In this document: one piece after another, positions 9,611-19,737 of the stretch
Numbering within the stretch: the stretch's first letter is position 1
Layout of the letters: every line of letters begins with the position of its first letter
Origin: a virus
DNA length: 64,000 bases
Strand: one strand, 5' to 3'
Virus record (IMG/VR): IMGVR_UViG_3300036985_010228
Location: 12,090 to 76,089 of that record
Translations under genes and position numbers: made by a program
The notes under the pieces: generated by a model
What the model saw: the letters and a program-made list of their open reading frames with translations, nothing else
Told to the model about the DNA's origin: nothing
Databases searched by the model: none

Positions 9611-11233
9611 ATGACCCAGGCAACGCCACCCCCCGACCCGACGCTTGCCGCAACGGTCTACGAGAAGCTGAAAGGGATCCGAGCCAAGAAGGACCTGACG
9701 GCTCGTCCAACCAAGCACCTCCGTCAGACCTTCACGGCTCTCGACGGAACCGACCGACCTCTCAAGCTCCGCTACTACCAGGTCCAGGGGGTCATGCACC
9801 TCCTCGCCATGAAGCGGTTCCTGCTCGGTGACGACACAGGGCTCGGCAAGACCCTGGAGAGCATTGCAGCCCTCTGCTACCTGTGGGAGCGAGCGCCCAA
9901 TCTCAAGGTGATCATTCTCACCACCAAGTCCGCCCTGGAGCAGTGGCGGAGTGAGTTCTCGAACTTCACGACCGGGGTGCAGGTCTTCGTCTCCAGGGGA
10001 ACGCCTGCGCAGCGTCGCAGAGCCCGCAGTGAGTACGAGAGCGCCACCGGACCTGCCGTGCTCGTCATGGGCTACCGGTCTGCGGTCCAGGACTTCTCCG
10101 ACATTCAGGACTGGTCCGGCTACGTCTTCATTACCGACGAGGCGACTGCGTACAAGAACAACACCACCCAGGTCCACCAGGTCTGCCGCCACCTCGCGTC
10201 GAAGGCGGACCGGACGTGGGCGCTCACTGCCACCCTGATCAAGAACAGCCTGATCGAGGGTTGGGGTATCTATCAGGTCGTCGCGCCGGGGCTGTTCGGG
10301 AACAAGAACAACTTCCTCAACGAGTACTGCATTACCCGTATGCAGACGCTCCCCGGCAGCCGCCGACAGGTGCCAATCATTGTCGGCTACCGAGAGCGGG
10401 ACGTGGTGGCGTTCAGGGACAAGATCGACCCGTTCTTCCTGGGCCGACCGAAGTTCGAGGTCGCCTCTGAGCTACCGCCGCTCGTGACGAGGCACGTCAA
10501 GTGCTCACTCACGAAGTTCCAGCAGGAGAAGTACGCTGAGGCGCTCGCGGGCCTCCTCGAAGTCGGCAAGGACGACCAGGTCGAGGAGAAGGAGGTCACG
10601 AAGCTCACCGCCGTGACCTACTGCCAGCAGATCGTGAACCACCCCGAGTTGATCGGGTGTGAGGGCGACTCGGACAAGCTCGACACCCTCCTCGACCTGC
10701 TGACCGACGGGGAACTCGCCGAGGAGAAGGTGATCGTCTTCACGCGGTTCCGGAAAATGGTGGACCTCATGCTCCCGGTCCTCGCGAAGGCCGGGGTCCA
10801 TGCAACCCGTATCACGGGCGCAGAGGACGAGAGGGACCGCAAGAAAGCCCAGGACGCCTTCCAAGACCCGAACTCGAAGATCCGGGTGGTGTGTATCACG
10901 ACCGCTGCGTCGGAGGCGATCAATCTCCAGGCCGCCAAGGCGATTATCTTCTATGACACCCCCTGGTCGGCGGGGGACTACCTTCAGCTTCTTGGGCGTA
11001 TGATCCGAATCGGCAGCACCCACGACCGCTGCTACGCCCTGCACCTCGTAGCAGAAGGCACAATCGACGACCGGGTGACGAAGGTCATGGGGACGAAAAT
11101 GGGGCTCGTCGAGAAGGTGCTGGGGAAGCGTATCAAGGGAGAGGCGGACACTGACGTGGTGGTATCTGTCGAGAATGACCTGTCCGACCTGTTCAACGCC
11201 CTCGTCCAGGACGCGAAGAAGGGCCGCCCTTGA
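9611..11233 (+). CDS. SNF2-family (SF2) helicase
   Basis: LRYYQVQG, GDDTGLGKT, DEAT, ALTATLIKN, KVIVFTRF, SEAINLQAA, QLLGRMIRIG. Confidence 0.92.
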   Translation: MTQATPPPDPTLAATVYEKLKGIRAKKDLTARPTKHLRQTFTALDGTDRPLKLRYYQVQGVMHLLAMKRFLLGDDTGLGKTLESIAALCYLWERAPNLKVIILTTKSALEQWRSEFSNFTTGVQVFVSRGTPAQRRRARSEYESATGPAVLVMGYRSAVQDFSDIQDWSGYVFITDEATAYKNNTTQVHQVCRHLASKADRTWALTATLIKNSLIEGWGIYQVVAPGLFGNKNNFLNEYCITRMQTLPGSRRQVPIIVGYRERDVVAFRDKIDPFFLGRPKFEVASELPPLVTRHVKCSLTKFQQEKYAEALAGLLEVGKDDQVEEKEVTKLTAVTYCQQIVNHPELIGCEGDSDKLDTLLDLLTDGELAEEKVIVFTRFRKMVDLMLPVLAKAGVHATRITGAEDERDRKKAQDAFQDPNSKIRVVCITTAASEAINLQAAKAIIFYDTPWSAGDYLQLLGRMIRIGSTHDRCYALHLVAEGTIDDRVTKVMGTKMGLVEKVLGKRIKGEADTDVVVSVENDLSDLFNALVQDAKKGRP

Positions 11234-12057
11234 CCTCCGAGGCCGAGGTCAAAGTCTGCCCGCGTTGCTACGGGCGAGGCGCAATCGACCTGGTGGAGAC
11301 GCACTACGGCGTCCCCATGACGCGCCCGTGCGAGTGTGTGCTTGCACGGGACACCCTCAAGAACCTCAATCGTGCCTGGCGTGGTCTGTCAGACGCCCCA
11401 CGGATTGCAGGCTCCCCGCTGGTTGAGCACACCAATCAGTGCGCGTATATCACCGCCTCGACTGACACCTTCAGGGCTCACCTCCGCCATGTGGGCCTCA
11501 AGCAGGGTCGGAACTGGTCCTTCTGCGTTGCTTCGGACGCGGAGCTTATCACTGCCTGGCTCGGCTCAGTCGGTCTGTCGGGGAAGGAGATCCTCGACCC
11601 GGACGCGGCGAGTGTCTCCATGGAGAAGCTCACCCTCGTGGACCTCGTGGACCCCCCAGACCTCCTGATCATTCGACTCGGCGTGAAGTCGGCGCGGAAC
11701 GTCGCAATGCCGGAGGTGTTCCTCGAAGCGATCTCCCACCGGGAGCACGTCAGGAAGCCCACCTGGGTTGTCGATCAGCCCATGCAGCAGTTCAACCCCA
11801 ACCACCTGTGCTACTCGGAAAGCGCGGCGGAGATCCTCTCCCAGTGGGGTCACTTCCCGCTCGACGGGGACCTGCCTGAGCAGCCCGTCAGCATTGTCGA
11901 GGTCGGGTTTGCCGGTGCTGACGATCAACCTGTCTCCAGTGGGCTGACACTCTCCGGGGCGGGTCATGCCTCGAACTCAGGAGCACGTCGAGTGGAGCGA
12001 CCCACTGCACCTGAGAAGCCTCGCAAACGCAGCAAGTTCAAGCGAGACGACTCATGA
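11230..12057 (+). CDS. DnaC/DnaI-like helicase-loader homologue with N-terminal Zn ribbon and degenerate P-loop
   Basis: CPRCYGRG...RPCEC; PDLLIIRLG in a Walker-B-like position; R...KPTWV; immediately upstream of DnaB. No recognisable Walker A. Confidence 0.55.
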   Translation: MTSEAEVKVCPRCYGRGAIDLVETHYGVPMTRPCECVLARDTLKNLNRAWRGLSDAPRIAGSPLVEHTNQCAYITASTDTFRAHLRHVGLKQGRNWSFCVASDAELITAWLGSVGLSGKEILDPDAASVSMEKLTLVDLVDPPDLLIIRLGVKSARNVAMPEVFLEAISHREHVRKPTWVVDQPMQQFNPNHLCYSESAAEILSQWGHFPLDGDLPEQPVSIVEVGFAGADDQPVSSGLTLSGAGHASNSGARRVERPTAPEKPRKRSKFKRDDS

Positions 12058-13598
12058 AGTTCCTGATCCGCTCCACGTTCATTTCGGCCCAATCGGACGA
12101 CAAGGACCTCACGTTCCGCAACTTCCTGCTCTTCGACGACTCGGGGCTGGGGTTCGACGTTCCAGAGGACGTGACGCTCTGGGACTTCATTCGAGGGTTC
12201 TCCCGGACACACAACCACTCCCCCGACGTTCGGACTATCCGGTCACACTTCGAGGCGCTCCGCCAGCCAGAGCCGGTGGACCGGCTGGAAATGATCCTGG
12301 GGCTGAAGCCGCTCTACAAGGGCGACTTCATAAAGCGCCTCGAAGAGCGCGCCGAGGACCGGCGTGTCCGCCTCACGAACGACCTTCTGCGTGAGGCTGC
12401 GCAGATCGTACAGACGGGCGTCGAGTTCAAGGAGGGCAAGATCTCGAAGCTCCTCCGTGGCCCGGTGGACGCGATCCGATACCTGATCAACAGGTCCCAC
12501 GACATTGTCACCCCCACCAGCAGCGCCCGCCTCTCGGGCGAAGTGATCGGGGACGGCGAGGACTTCAAGATCGAGTACGACCGGGTGGAGAGCGACCCCA
12601 TGGCTGGCGTCGGCCAGTTCACCGGGATCCGCCAACTCGACGAGGCGCTTCGGGGCGCGAAGAAGTACGAGCTTTGGACCCACGCTGCGTTCACGGGCGG
12701 GCTCAAGAGCACACTCATGTTGAACTGGGCCTACAACCAAGCTGTCTACATGAGGTACGACTCGTGCGTGTTCTCGCTGGAAATGCCGTACAACCAGTGC
12801 CGCCGGATCATTTACTCCATGCACGGCCTGCACGGCAAGTTCAAGGACATACGAATCAAGCTCGGCATTCAGAAGGAGTCTGGCCCCACCGTGGGGCTGA
12901 ACTACGACAGAATGCGGGACGGGGAAATGACCCCGGCGGAGAAGACGTTCCTCTACAGCCATGTGATCCCCGACTTCGAGTCTGGGGGCTACGGCAAGAT
13001 CCACATTGAGGTCGCCGACCCCGACAAGGACGACTTCACCGTCCTCGACCTCAAGTCGAAGGCCGAACTGATCTACTCGAAGTCCCCCTTCTCGCTCCTG
13101 TTCGTGGACCACGCTGGGCTCATGGCCCCGAGGAAGTGGTCCCAGAGCACGACCGAGCGACTCAACGAGGTGATCCGCGACCTGAAGCGCCTCGCAATGA
13201 ACTTCAATCGCGGCGCAGGGATCGCGGTGGTCGCCCTCTTCCAGATCAGCCGCGAGGGCTTCAAGGCCGCTGAGAAGATTGCAGAGAAGTCGAACGGCAC
13301 CTTCGGCACTGGCCCCTACAACCTGACCCACCTGAGCTACGCGAACGAGTGCGAGCGAAGCAGCGACGTGGTGACGGCCTCGTTCGTCAATGACGATCTT
13401 CGGTCGAATAACCGGGTTCTCTTCCAATGCCTCAAGACAAGGGACAGAGCACCCTTCCAGAACTTCTACTCGCGGGTCGAGTGGGACTGTCGCCGTATCT
13501 TGACCTCCGACGAGGTCCCCCTCATGACAGGGAAGACCAGCAACGCCTCACCTGACAAGGTGCAGGACGCCCTGAACGAAATCATTGGAGAAATCTAG
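12054..13598 (+). CDS. dnaB: DnaB-like replicative helicase
   Basis: TGIRQLD, AAFTGGLKST (Walker A variant), FSLEM, LFVDHAGL, LKRLA, QISREG, ERSSDVV, CLKTRD. Confidence 0.88.
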   Translation: MKFLIRSTFISAQSDDKDLTFRNFLLFDDSGLGFDVPEDVTLWDFIRGFSRTHNHSPDVRTIRSHFEALRQPEPVDRLEMILGLKPLYKGDFIKRLEERAEDRRVRLTNDLLREAAQIVQTGVEFKEGKISKLLRGPVDAIRYLINRSHDIVTPTSSARLSGEVIGDGEDFKIEYDRVESDPMAGVGQFTGIRQLDEALRGAKKYELWTHAAFTGGLKSTLMLNWAYNQAVYMRYDSCVFSLEMPYNQCRRIIYSMHGLHGKFKDIRIKLGIQKESGPTVGLNYDRMRDGEMTPAEKTFLYSHVIPDFESGGYGKIHIEVADPDKDDFTVLDLKSKAELIYSKSPFSLLFVDHAGLMAPRKWSQSTTERLNEVIRDLKRLAMNFNRGAGIAVVALFQISREGFKAAEKIAEKSNGTFGTGPYNLTHLSYANECERSSDVVTASFVNDDLRSNNRVLFQCLKTRDRAPFQNFYSRVEWDCRRILTSDEVPLMTGKTSNASPDKVQDALNEIIGEI

Positions 13599-13601
13599 GA
13601 C

Positions 13602-13955
13602 ATGAGCCACAGACAACCGAGGTGGATCTCGTATGACACCTGGGCGTGCTTCAGGCATATCCCAGCGGCCAAGATCCCCGCCACGGCAGCAACTTGCTGG
13701 TACTGCGTGGACGAGCGCCCACTGCCTGAGTTCCGGCCACCTCCCCCGGAGAGGGCCTACGGCCAACCCCGTGACCAGATCATGCCGGTCATGAGCGGGG
13801 AGACTTGCGCGTGGGAGGGGTGCAAGAACCCGACTACCATGCAGAGCAAGTACTGCTCGCGGAAGTGCTCGAACAACAACGCGAGGGCTCGTGCCGCTGC
13901 CCGCAAGGAGCAGGCACCCGACCAGGCTGCGCCAGCGGGGGAACCTGCTGAGTGA
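13602..13955 (+). CDS. Small Cys-rich zinc-binding protein
   Basis: CxxH/CxxC cluster and CAWEGC...KYCSRKC. Confidence 0.7.
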   Translation: MSHRQPRWISYDTWACFRHIPAAKIPATAATCWYCVDERPLPEFRPPPPERAYGQPRDQIMPVMSGETCAWEGCKNPTTMQSKYCSRKCSNNNARARAAARKEQAPDQAAPAGEPAE

Positions 13956-14536
13956 GTCGGTCGAAGGACAGGGCGGACCGAATCAAGGCTGAGATCCCCC
14001 TCCTGGAGGTCTTGGCCTCCTACGGGTACGCCGTTCACCCTGGTGGGGGTGACAGGGAGCAGCAGTTCTCCTGTGACCTTCACGGCGACGGCACTGACTC
14101 AAAGCCGTCGGCACGAGCCTACCCGGACACGAACCAGTGGTACTGCTTCGCGTGCGCGACCAGCCGCGACGCAATCCAGACCGTCCGTGAGAAGGAGGGC
14201 CTCGACTTCAGGTCCGCCTGCGACCTGCTGGAGAGGAAGTTCGGTCTGCCCCCGCTCCCCTGGGATCCAGAGGAGGACGAGGCTGGACACCTCGACCTGG
14301 AGTCGGTGCTGTCGGTCCCAATCCCGACGGCTTCTGACGCACAGGCGAGGGTTGCGACCCTCCTTCGTGCCATGACCAGGGAACGGTCCCTGCCTCTGAC
14401 AGAGACCCTCCGGCTGTGGGAGGAGCATGACAAGCTCGCCACCTACCTGGAGAAGGGCTCCGAGGGGCTCCTCGACGAGTTCACTGGGTTGCGTGACCGT
14501 CTGATCCGGACCCTCAGGTCTACCAGTGCCGCGTGA
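13952..14536 (+). CDS. CHC2 zinc-finger protein (DnaG primase zinc-binding domain only)
   Basis: CDLH...DSKPS...WYCFAC...DAIQTV...GLDFRSA. No TOPRIM domain follows. Confidence 0.85.
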   Translation: MSRSKDRADRIKAEIPLLEVLASYGYAVHPGGGDREQQFSCDLHGDGTDSKPSARAYPDTNQWYCFACATSRDAIQTVREKEGLDFRSACDLLERKFGLPPLPWDPEEDEAGHLDLESVLSVPIPTASDAQARVATLLRAMTRERSLPLTETLRLWEEHDKLATYLEKGSEGLLDEFTGLRDRLIRTLRSTSAA

Positions 14537-14961
14537 ACGGACTCGCCGTCACCAGAATCCCAGACCTCTCCTGGGGTGAACCAAAGGTCTGCCGGGCCGT
14601 CGGCAACGACCGTGACCCCTGGGGCGTGCTCGTAGTCCTCAAGGAGACGCCCTGGGAGGCGCTCGTTCCGCTCGTCCCGTCGAGGGTCTTCGACCAGGCT
14701 CTGAGGGGGCACGCCACGCCACTCATGCGAGTGGTGGGGCCTCCGCCCTCTGCCTTGGCGAGGCGGCTTCCGGTCCTCTACGCGCAGTGCCGGGAGCGGG
14801 AGCATTGCGTCAATGCCTCCCCAGCCTGCGTTCCGGGGGAGAAAATGCCTGACTGCTGGGAGGGCGACGGAATCAAGCCAGAAGCGGTGGGGGTAGCGTC
14901 ACAGGTCGCTCGTCTGTGGCGCGAAGGAATGCTGGTCATAGTCGTCGTCCCAGAGGAGTAA
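14533..14961 (+). CDS. Hypothetical protein with Cys cluster
   Basis: GTGA-coupled within the replication operon. Confidence 0.65.
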   Translation: MNGLAVTRIPDLSWGEPKVCRAVGNDRDPWGVLVVLKETPWEALVPLVPSRVFDQALRGHATPLMRVVGPPPSALARRLPVLYAQCREREHCVNASPACVPGEKMPDCWEGDGIKPEAVGVASQVARLWREGMLVIVVVPEE

Positions 14962-14968
14962 GAGGGTC

Positions 14969-17638
14969 ATGGCCAACGGTATCTTCGAGTTCATGGAGGA
15001 CATGGCCACCTTGAAGGTGGAGCTTCACAAGTGGATGACCGACGGGTCACACCACTTCGTTCTAGGGACGACCGAGAACCTCCCGTCAATCATTGACGAG
15101 TGCGTCGCTTCCGGCCTGTACTCCCTCGACCTCGAAACGACGGGCCTCGACAACCGGGTCTTCGACGGTGAGACAGTCGCCAAGATCGTCGGCTGCTGCC
15201 TCTCAGCCGACGGCGTCACCGGCTACTACATTCCGCTCCGGCACAAGGTCGGAATGGAGCACAACGTCCCGTGGAGCCTCTTCAAGCGGGAGCTTCTCCG
15301 GCTGATCAACTCGCCTGCGAGGGCGATCTTCCACCACGGGAAGTTCGACCAGGAGTTCCTTCAGTTCTGCGGTGGTGAGCCTCTCGGCGAGTGGGACGAC
15401 CCAAGGAAGTGGGAGGACACGCTGATCTGCGCGTACCTCCGGGACACCCGGCAGAAGCGGATCGGGTTGAAGCCCCTGGCCGAGACAGAACTCGGCATGA
15501 CCATGATCGAGCTACCCGAGCTTTTCCCCGAGGACAAGCGCAAGAACGGGCTCGACTTCTCGGAGTTGGACCCGACGTGGCTGCCTGTTCGGATCTACGG
15601 GGCGAGCGACGCGATCTGCACCTGGAAGCTCTTCCCGAAGCTCTCAGCAGCGATCCTCCAGCCCGAGGACGGGAACGGCAACCAGTCGCTGATCTACTCG
15701 ATCGAGAAGCTCTGCGTGACGGCGACCCGGTGGATGGAACGCGCCCGCATTCTCACCGACCAGGACAAGGCGAAGGAACTGATCCGGATCGGCCAGAGGG
15801 AGTGGCTTGCCTCGATCGAGGAGGTCTACAAGTCGGCCTCCGAGATCGTCGGGCGGGACGTGCGGCCCGGCTACTACCGGCTCATGGCAGGCCAGATCGA
15901 GGGGCACGCTGCCTTTGACCCTGAGGAGGTCTCTCCCTCGTACATGGACCGTGTGGACTCTCTCCGCCGGGAGTCCGACAAGCTCAAGCTCGACCCGGTG
16001 GAGCTTGACGGCAAGAAGGTCAGTGTCAAGACCGTCTCCAAGCGGGTATCCCACCTCATAGACAAGGGGATCACCGAGGAGGTTGACTTCCCCGTCGTCT
16101 ATGACCTTCTCAGCCCACAGCAGTTGGGGTCACTCCTCCGGGAGTGCAAGATCCCAGGGCTCACGGTGACCGAGAAGTCCGGTCAGGTCTCGACCGCGAA
16201 GGACGAGCTAGACCGAGTGCTTGAAGAGCAGGGGGCCAAGTACCCCTTCGCTGGGAAGATCAAGCGGTTCCGCGAGGTCGGTAAGGCGCTCTCGACGTAC
16301 CTGCTGCCGATCATTGAGGACTGTGCCCCTGACGGGACCCTGCGGGCTGACTTCAACGCCCACAAGATCGACACGGGCCGGTTCAACGCCCAGGGGAGCA
16401 AGACCCCGAAGCTCGACGGGGGCACCCGGTTCCCGTTCCACGGGACGCCCGCCACCTACGACCCGACGCGGCCTGAGTGTCTGGCTCGAATCCGTGAGTG
16501 TCTGATCTCCCGCCCCGGCAAGAAGTTCGTCTCGATCGACTTCTCCGGCGTCGAGCTTCGGATCGTGACGAACCTCTCGAAGGAGCCCCGGTGGCTGCGG
16601 GAGTTCTTCCACTGCTCGGGCTGCGACCATATGTTCCCCAGCGGGGACGGGGAGAACACGCCAGAGCCTCCGCCACCGTTCTGCCCGGTGTGTGGGTCTG
16701 ACAAGATCGGCGACCTGCACACGCTCACCGCCCTCTCAATCTACGGGGACGACGCGATCAAGCGCCCCGACTGGAAGATGCTCCGAGGGAACGGCAAGAG
16801 CACCAACTTCGCGCTCTGCTACGGCGGCGGCGGCAACGCCGTGGACGCCTCCACTGGCTGTGGCAAGCAGGAGGGCTGGCGGATCAAGGAGAAGTTCGAC
16901 AAGTCCTACCGGGGTCTGGCCGCATGGTGGCAGTACCAGCACTCCTACGCCCGGAAGTGGAAGTACGTCGTCACCGCTCTCGGGCGGCGGTATCCGCTCC
17001 CCGACATTGACAGCGAGCTTGGTGGCTTCCGCTCGAAGGCCGAGCGCAACGCGACCAACGGGCCGATCCAGGGCACGAGCGCCGACATAACCAAGCTCGC
17101 CATGGGTCTGATCTACAAGGAGTGCAAGAAGCGGGGGTGGCTCGACAAGGTCCACCTCCTGATCACCATGCACGACGAGCTTGACTTCGAGATCGACGAC
17201 GACATTCTCGCCGAGGCGATCGAGTCATTCGTCGTGATCATGAACCGGAACCCGGCGCTCCTCCGGCTCAAGTGGCCAGTGCCGCTCACGTCCGACGTGG
17301 AGATTGGCCTCAACTGGATGGTCCCCTGGGGACTCAACAAGATCCGCAAGTCCGGCAAGTGGCCCGCCGAACTCCAGGGGCTGTTCCCCGACGCCGGGGT
17401 GAAGCCGCCGGAGGGTGACACCCCCGCCGAGAAGCCGAAGACCAAGAAGTCGGAGGTCGTCCGGACCTACAAGGTCAATGCCTTCTCGACCTCCGAGATC
17501 GAGAGCTTGGCCGCGCTCCTCACGGCAGGGGCGTCTGCGAGCCCGGCAGAACTGAAGGTCGTCGGACCGGAGGACGAGGACCTGACGGCGGTGCTCATGA
17601 CCGCTTGGGGCAGGCCCCTCCCGGAGGTCGAGTCGTGA
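14969..17638 (+). CDS. polA: Family A DNA polymerase with 3'-5' exonuclease domain and zinc-ribbon insert
   Basis: ExoI DLETTG, ExoII HHGKFD, ExoIII YGASDA; TGRF; motif A DFSGVELR; motif B RGNGKSTNFALCYGG; NGPIQGTSADI; motif C MHDEL. Confidence 0.95.
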   Translation: MANGIFEFMEDMATLKVELHKWMTDGSHHFVLGTTENLPSIIDECVASGLYSLDLETTGLDNRVFDGETVAKIVGCCLSADGVTGYYIPLRHKVGMEHNVPWSLFKRELLRLINSPARAIFHHGKFDQEFLQFCGGEPLGEWDDPRKWEDTLICAYLRDTRQKRIGLKPLAETELGMTMIELPELFPEDKRKNGLDFSELDPTWLPVRIYGASDAICTWKLFPKLSAAILQPEDGNGNQSLIYSIEKLCVTATRWMERARILTDQDKAKELIRIGQREWLASIEEVYKSASEIVGRDVRPGYYRLMAGQIEGHAAFDPEEVSPSYMDRVDSLRRESDKLKLDPVELDGKKVSVKTVSKRVSHLIDKGITEEVDFPVVYDLLSPQQLGSLLRECKIPGLTVTEKSGQVSTAKDELDRVLEEQGAKYPFAGKIKRFREVGKALSTYLLPIIEDCAPDGTLRADFNAHKIDTGRFNAQGSKTPKLDGGTRFPFHGTPATYDPTRPECLARIRECLISRPGKKFVSIDFSGVELRIVTNLSKEPRWLREFFHCSGCDHMFPSGDGENTPEPPPPFCPVCGSDKIGDLHTLTALSIYGDDAIKRPDWKMLRGNGKSTNFALCYGGGGNAVDASTGCGKQEGWRIKEKFDKSYRGLAAWWQYQHSYARKWKYVVTALGRRYPLPDIDSELGGFRSKAERNATNGPIQGTSADITKLAMGLIYKECKKRGWLDKVHLLITMHDELDFEIDDDILAEAIESFVVIMNRNPALLRLKWPVPLTSDVEIGLNWMVPWGLNKIRKSGKWPAELQGLFPDAGVKPPEGDTPAEKPKTKKSEVVRTYKVNAFSTSEIESLAALLTAGASASPAELKVVGPEDEDLTAVLMTAWGRPLPEVES

Positions 17639-17946
17639 GCACCCTCGAAGAGCGGGTCGAGAAGCTGGAGTCCGACCTGAAGGTGGTCGCCCAGGTAGTG
17701 GCGTCTGTCACTGACGACACGCTCAGGGTGTGCCTCGTGCTCCAGGAGCTATCGACCGGCGGGTATCTGCCCGACCTTCCGTGGGAACTCGGGACGGCTC
17801 TCGTGGACCTCCAGTACGCGAAGCGCCCTGGGGCGAAGGAGGTCGGCGGCAAGCCGGTCGAGCTTCGGGTCGCAGAGCTAGAGCTTCAGGTTCAGACTCT
17901 TCGGGAGGCGTTCCGGAGGAGAGCAGATGACCAACAGATTGGATAG
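17635..17946 (+). CDS. Hypothetical coiled-coil protein
   Basis: GTG overlaps the polA stop; LEERVEKLE. Confidence 0.6.
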   Translation: MSTLEERVEKLESDLKVVAQVVASVTDDTLRVCLVLQELSTGGYLPDLPWELGTALVDLQYAKRPGAKEVGGKPVELRVAELELQVQTLREAFRRRADDQQIG

Positions 17947-18631
17947 GCAACTCGACCTCCTCCAGGACTGCAACGAGCACCGGACTCCTCCGAAGGAGTT
18001 CATGAGCATTTTCTGCCAGCGGTGTCGCAACGGCAACTGCGTGAACGCTGGGTGGGCTGAGTCCACCTGGGAGGATCGTATTGCCACCCAGGTCAGCCGC
18101 CTGCTCACGAACCCGAACTTCGGGGACCCGAGGGACCCACAGTTCAAGGACGTGGTGAACCTCGACTTCCGGCACCTGGCCGAGCCCCTGAAGGTGGACT
18201 CGTGGGAGGTCCCGCAGGCACACCTCGTTCTCCCTGAGCGTCAGACGAGTCGCTCCGAGGACGTGGAGCGGGCGATCCAAGCCCTCTCCGAGGCTCGTGG
18301 CGGGAAGCCAGCCGCGCCAGCCGTCGAGGTGACGACAGCCGCAGAGGCTGTTCCTGTCCAGCAGGCTCCTCAGCCCCCCGTCCCTGTGCGCCCGGACCCG
18401 AGGCCAAACCCCCGGCACTACACAGCCGATACACCTCCTGTGTCCTCACCCCAGAGGGACGCCAACACGGCCTTCCCTGCGGAGGGGCTCATGCTCGACG
18501 GGAGCCCGCCTGACCTACCTGGTCCAGGAGGGTCCACGGGAGACCCATGGGCACCACCCGCTCCGACCAATCAGCCACGAAAAGTCCCCGTCGGTGCCCG
18601 GATCCGAATGGGGGAAGAGCCGAAGAAATGA
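17927..18631 (+). CDS. Hypothetical protein (Cys-containing N-terminus, Pro-rich C-terminus)
   Basis: SD GGAGGAG; CQRCRNGNC. Confidence 0.7.
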   Translation: MTNRLDRQLDLLQDCNEHRTPPKEFMSIFCQRCRNGNCVNAGWAESTWEDRIATQVSRLLTNPNFGDPRDPQFKDVVNLDFRHLAEPLKVDSWEVPQAHLVLPERQTSRSEDVERAIQALSEARGGKPAAPAVEVTTAAEAVPVQQAPQPPVPVRPDPRPNPRHYTADTPPVSSPQRDANTAFPAEGLMLDGSPPDLPGPGGSTGDPWAPPAPTNQPRKVPVGARIRMGEEPKK

Positions 18632-19005
18632 CCCCGAACTACCTGATCGAGATCTACGCCCTCATTCACGCCACCCGCTCCCGAGCAGCGTGGAGCGTCG
18701 TGCTGGTTCCACGAAAGCGGTACGAGGAGACGATCCTCACGATCTCGGCTCTGAGCGACGTACAGTTCTGTGGTCGCACGATCCTCTGGCCTGACACGAA
18801 GCGGAAGCTCTCGGTCGCCTACGCTGGACAAGAACTCTTCGTCCCCAAGGGAACCCCATTCAATCTGTTCCTCGCTGGTTGGGGTGGCTCCTCGAAGGAG
18901 GACGCGAAGGCGCTGGTCGCATGGCGCGAGGCCGCTCTGAACTTCATTCCGTGCTCGGATTGGGCGGTCGGATCTCAGTTCGTCGAATCTGTCCCGGCGG
19001 TATAG
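18628..19005 (+). CDS. Hypothetical protein
   Basis: ATGA-coupled to the upstream gene. Confidence 0.6.
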   Translation: MTPNYLIEIYALIHATRSRAAWSVVLVPRKRYEETILTISALSDVQFCGRTILWPDTKRKLSVAYAGQELFVPKGTPFNLFLAGWGGSSKEDAKALVAWREAALNFIPCSDWAVGSQFVESVPAV

Positions 19006-19039
19006 CTTTCGGTCCTATAGACCTCGCGGGGTGTCTGAC

Positions 19040-19354
19040 ATGGGTAACTGGTGGTTTGACGATCAAGGGAAGAACAACTTGAAGGGCGTCCCAGGGGACG
19101 ACTCGAACAAGGTAGTTCTCCCTGACAGTTCGATCATTGGTTTCATGCTCGAAGTCCCCCTTGCTCGCAGGGACTTCAAGCTGATCGTGCCCACCATGCT
19201 CCCCCTGGAGCAGGACCGCCTCAATGCCCTCGTCGCCCAGAACCCACGAATCCTGGAGCTTGAGCCCAACCTCGACCCTGGAATCCAGGACGACCGGCTC
19301 ATGCAGAAGTTCAACACCCCTGGGTTTCACGACCCGAACCGGAGAAAACGATGA
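19040..19354 (+). CDS. Hypothetical protein
   Basis: Follows a CTATA candidate late-promoter motif; typical codon usage. Confidence 0.6.
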   Translation: MGNWWFDDQGKNNLKGVPGDDSNKVVLPDSSIIGFMLEVPLARRDFKLIVPTMLPLEQDRLNALVAQNPRILELEPNLDPGIQDDRLMQKFNTPGFHDPNRRKR

Positions 19355-19737
19355 AGACCACCGCTCTTGCACTCCTGACCTCTCTCGCGATCCTTTCCGG
19401 CTGTGCGACGATCCGGGACAAGGCTGTCTACGCAACGGAGGTTCAGTATGTGGACCTGACGGTTCGCCGTGAAGCTCCGGTGGTCCGCCAGTTCCTGACG
19501 ACCTCCTGCACCTGTTCCGCCACGTTCGAGTGGACGGCGTCGGCAGAGGGTGGCTCGTCTACCGACTGCGCTGCGGCGGCGGATTGGTACCGGGTGTACG
19601 CGACGCGCTGGGCGTGGCACGTCTCCATGATCCAGTACAACGGCAACATGACCGACACGGACCCCGGCCCGATCCCGGAGATCGTGCCCTCGTGCGAACT
19701 CCCGGAACTCCCGCCGACCGCCGGAGGTGAGTCGTGA
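19351..19737 (+). CDS. Lipoprotein
   Basis: Signal peptide MKTTALALLTSLAILSG-C (lipobox); several Cys; Pro-rich tail. Confidence 0.75.
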   Translation: MKTTALALLTSLAILSGCATIRDKAVYATEVQYVDLTVRREAPVVRQFLTTSCTCSATFEWTASAEGGSSTDCAAAADWYRVYATRWAWHVSMIQYNGNMTDTDPGPIPEIVPSCELPELPPTAGGES

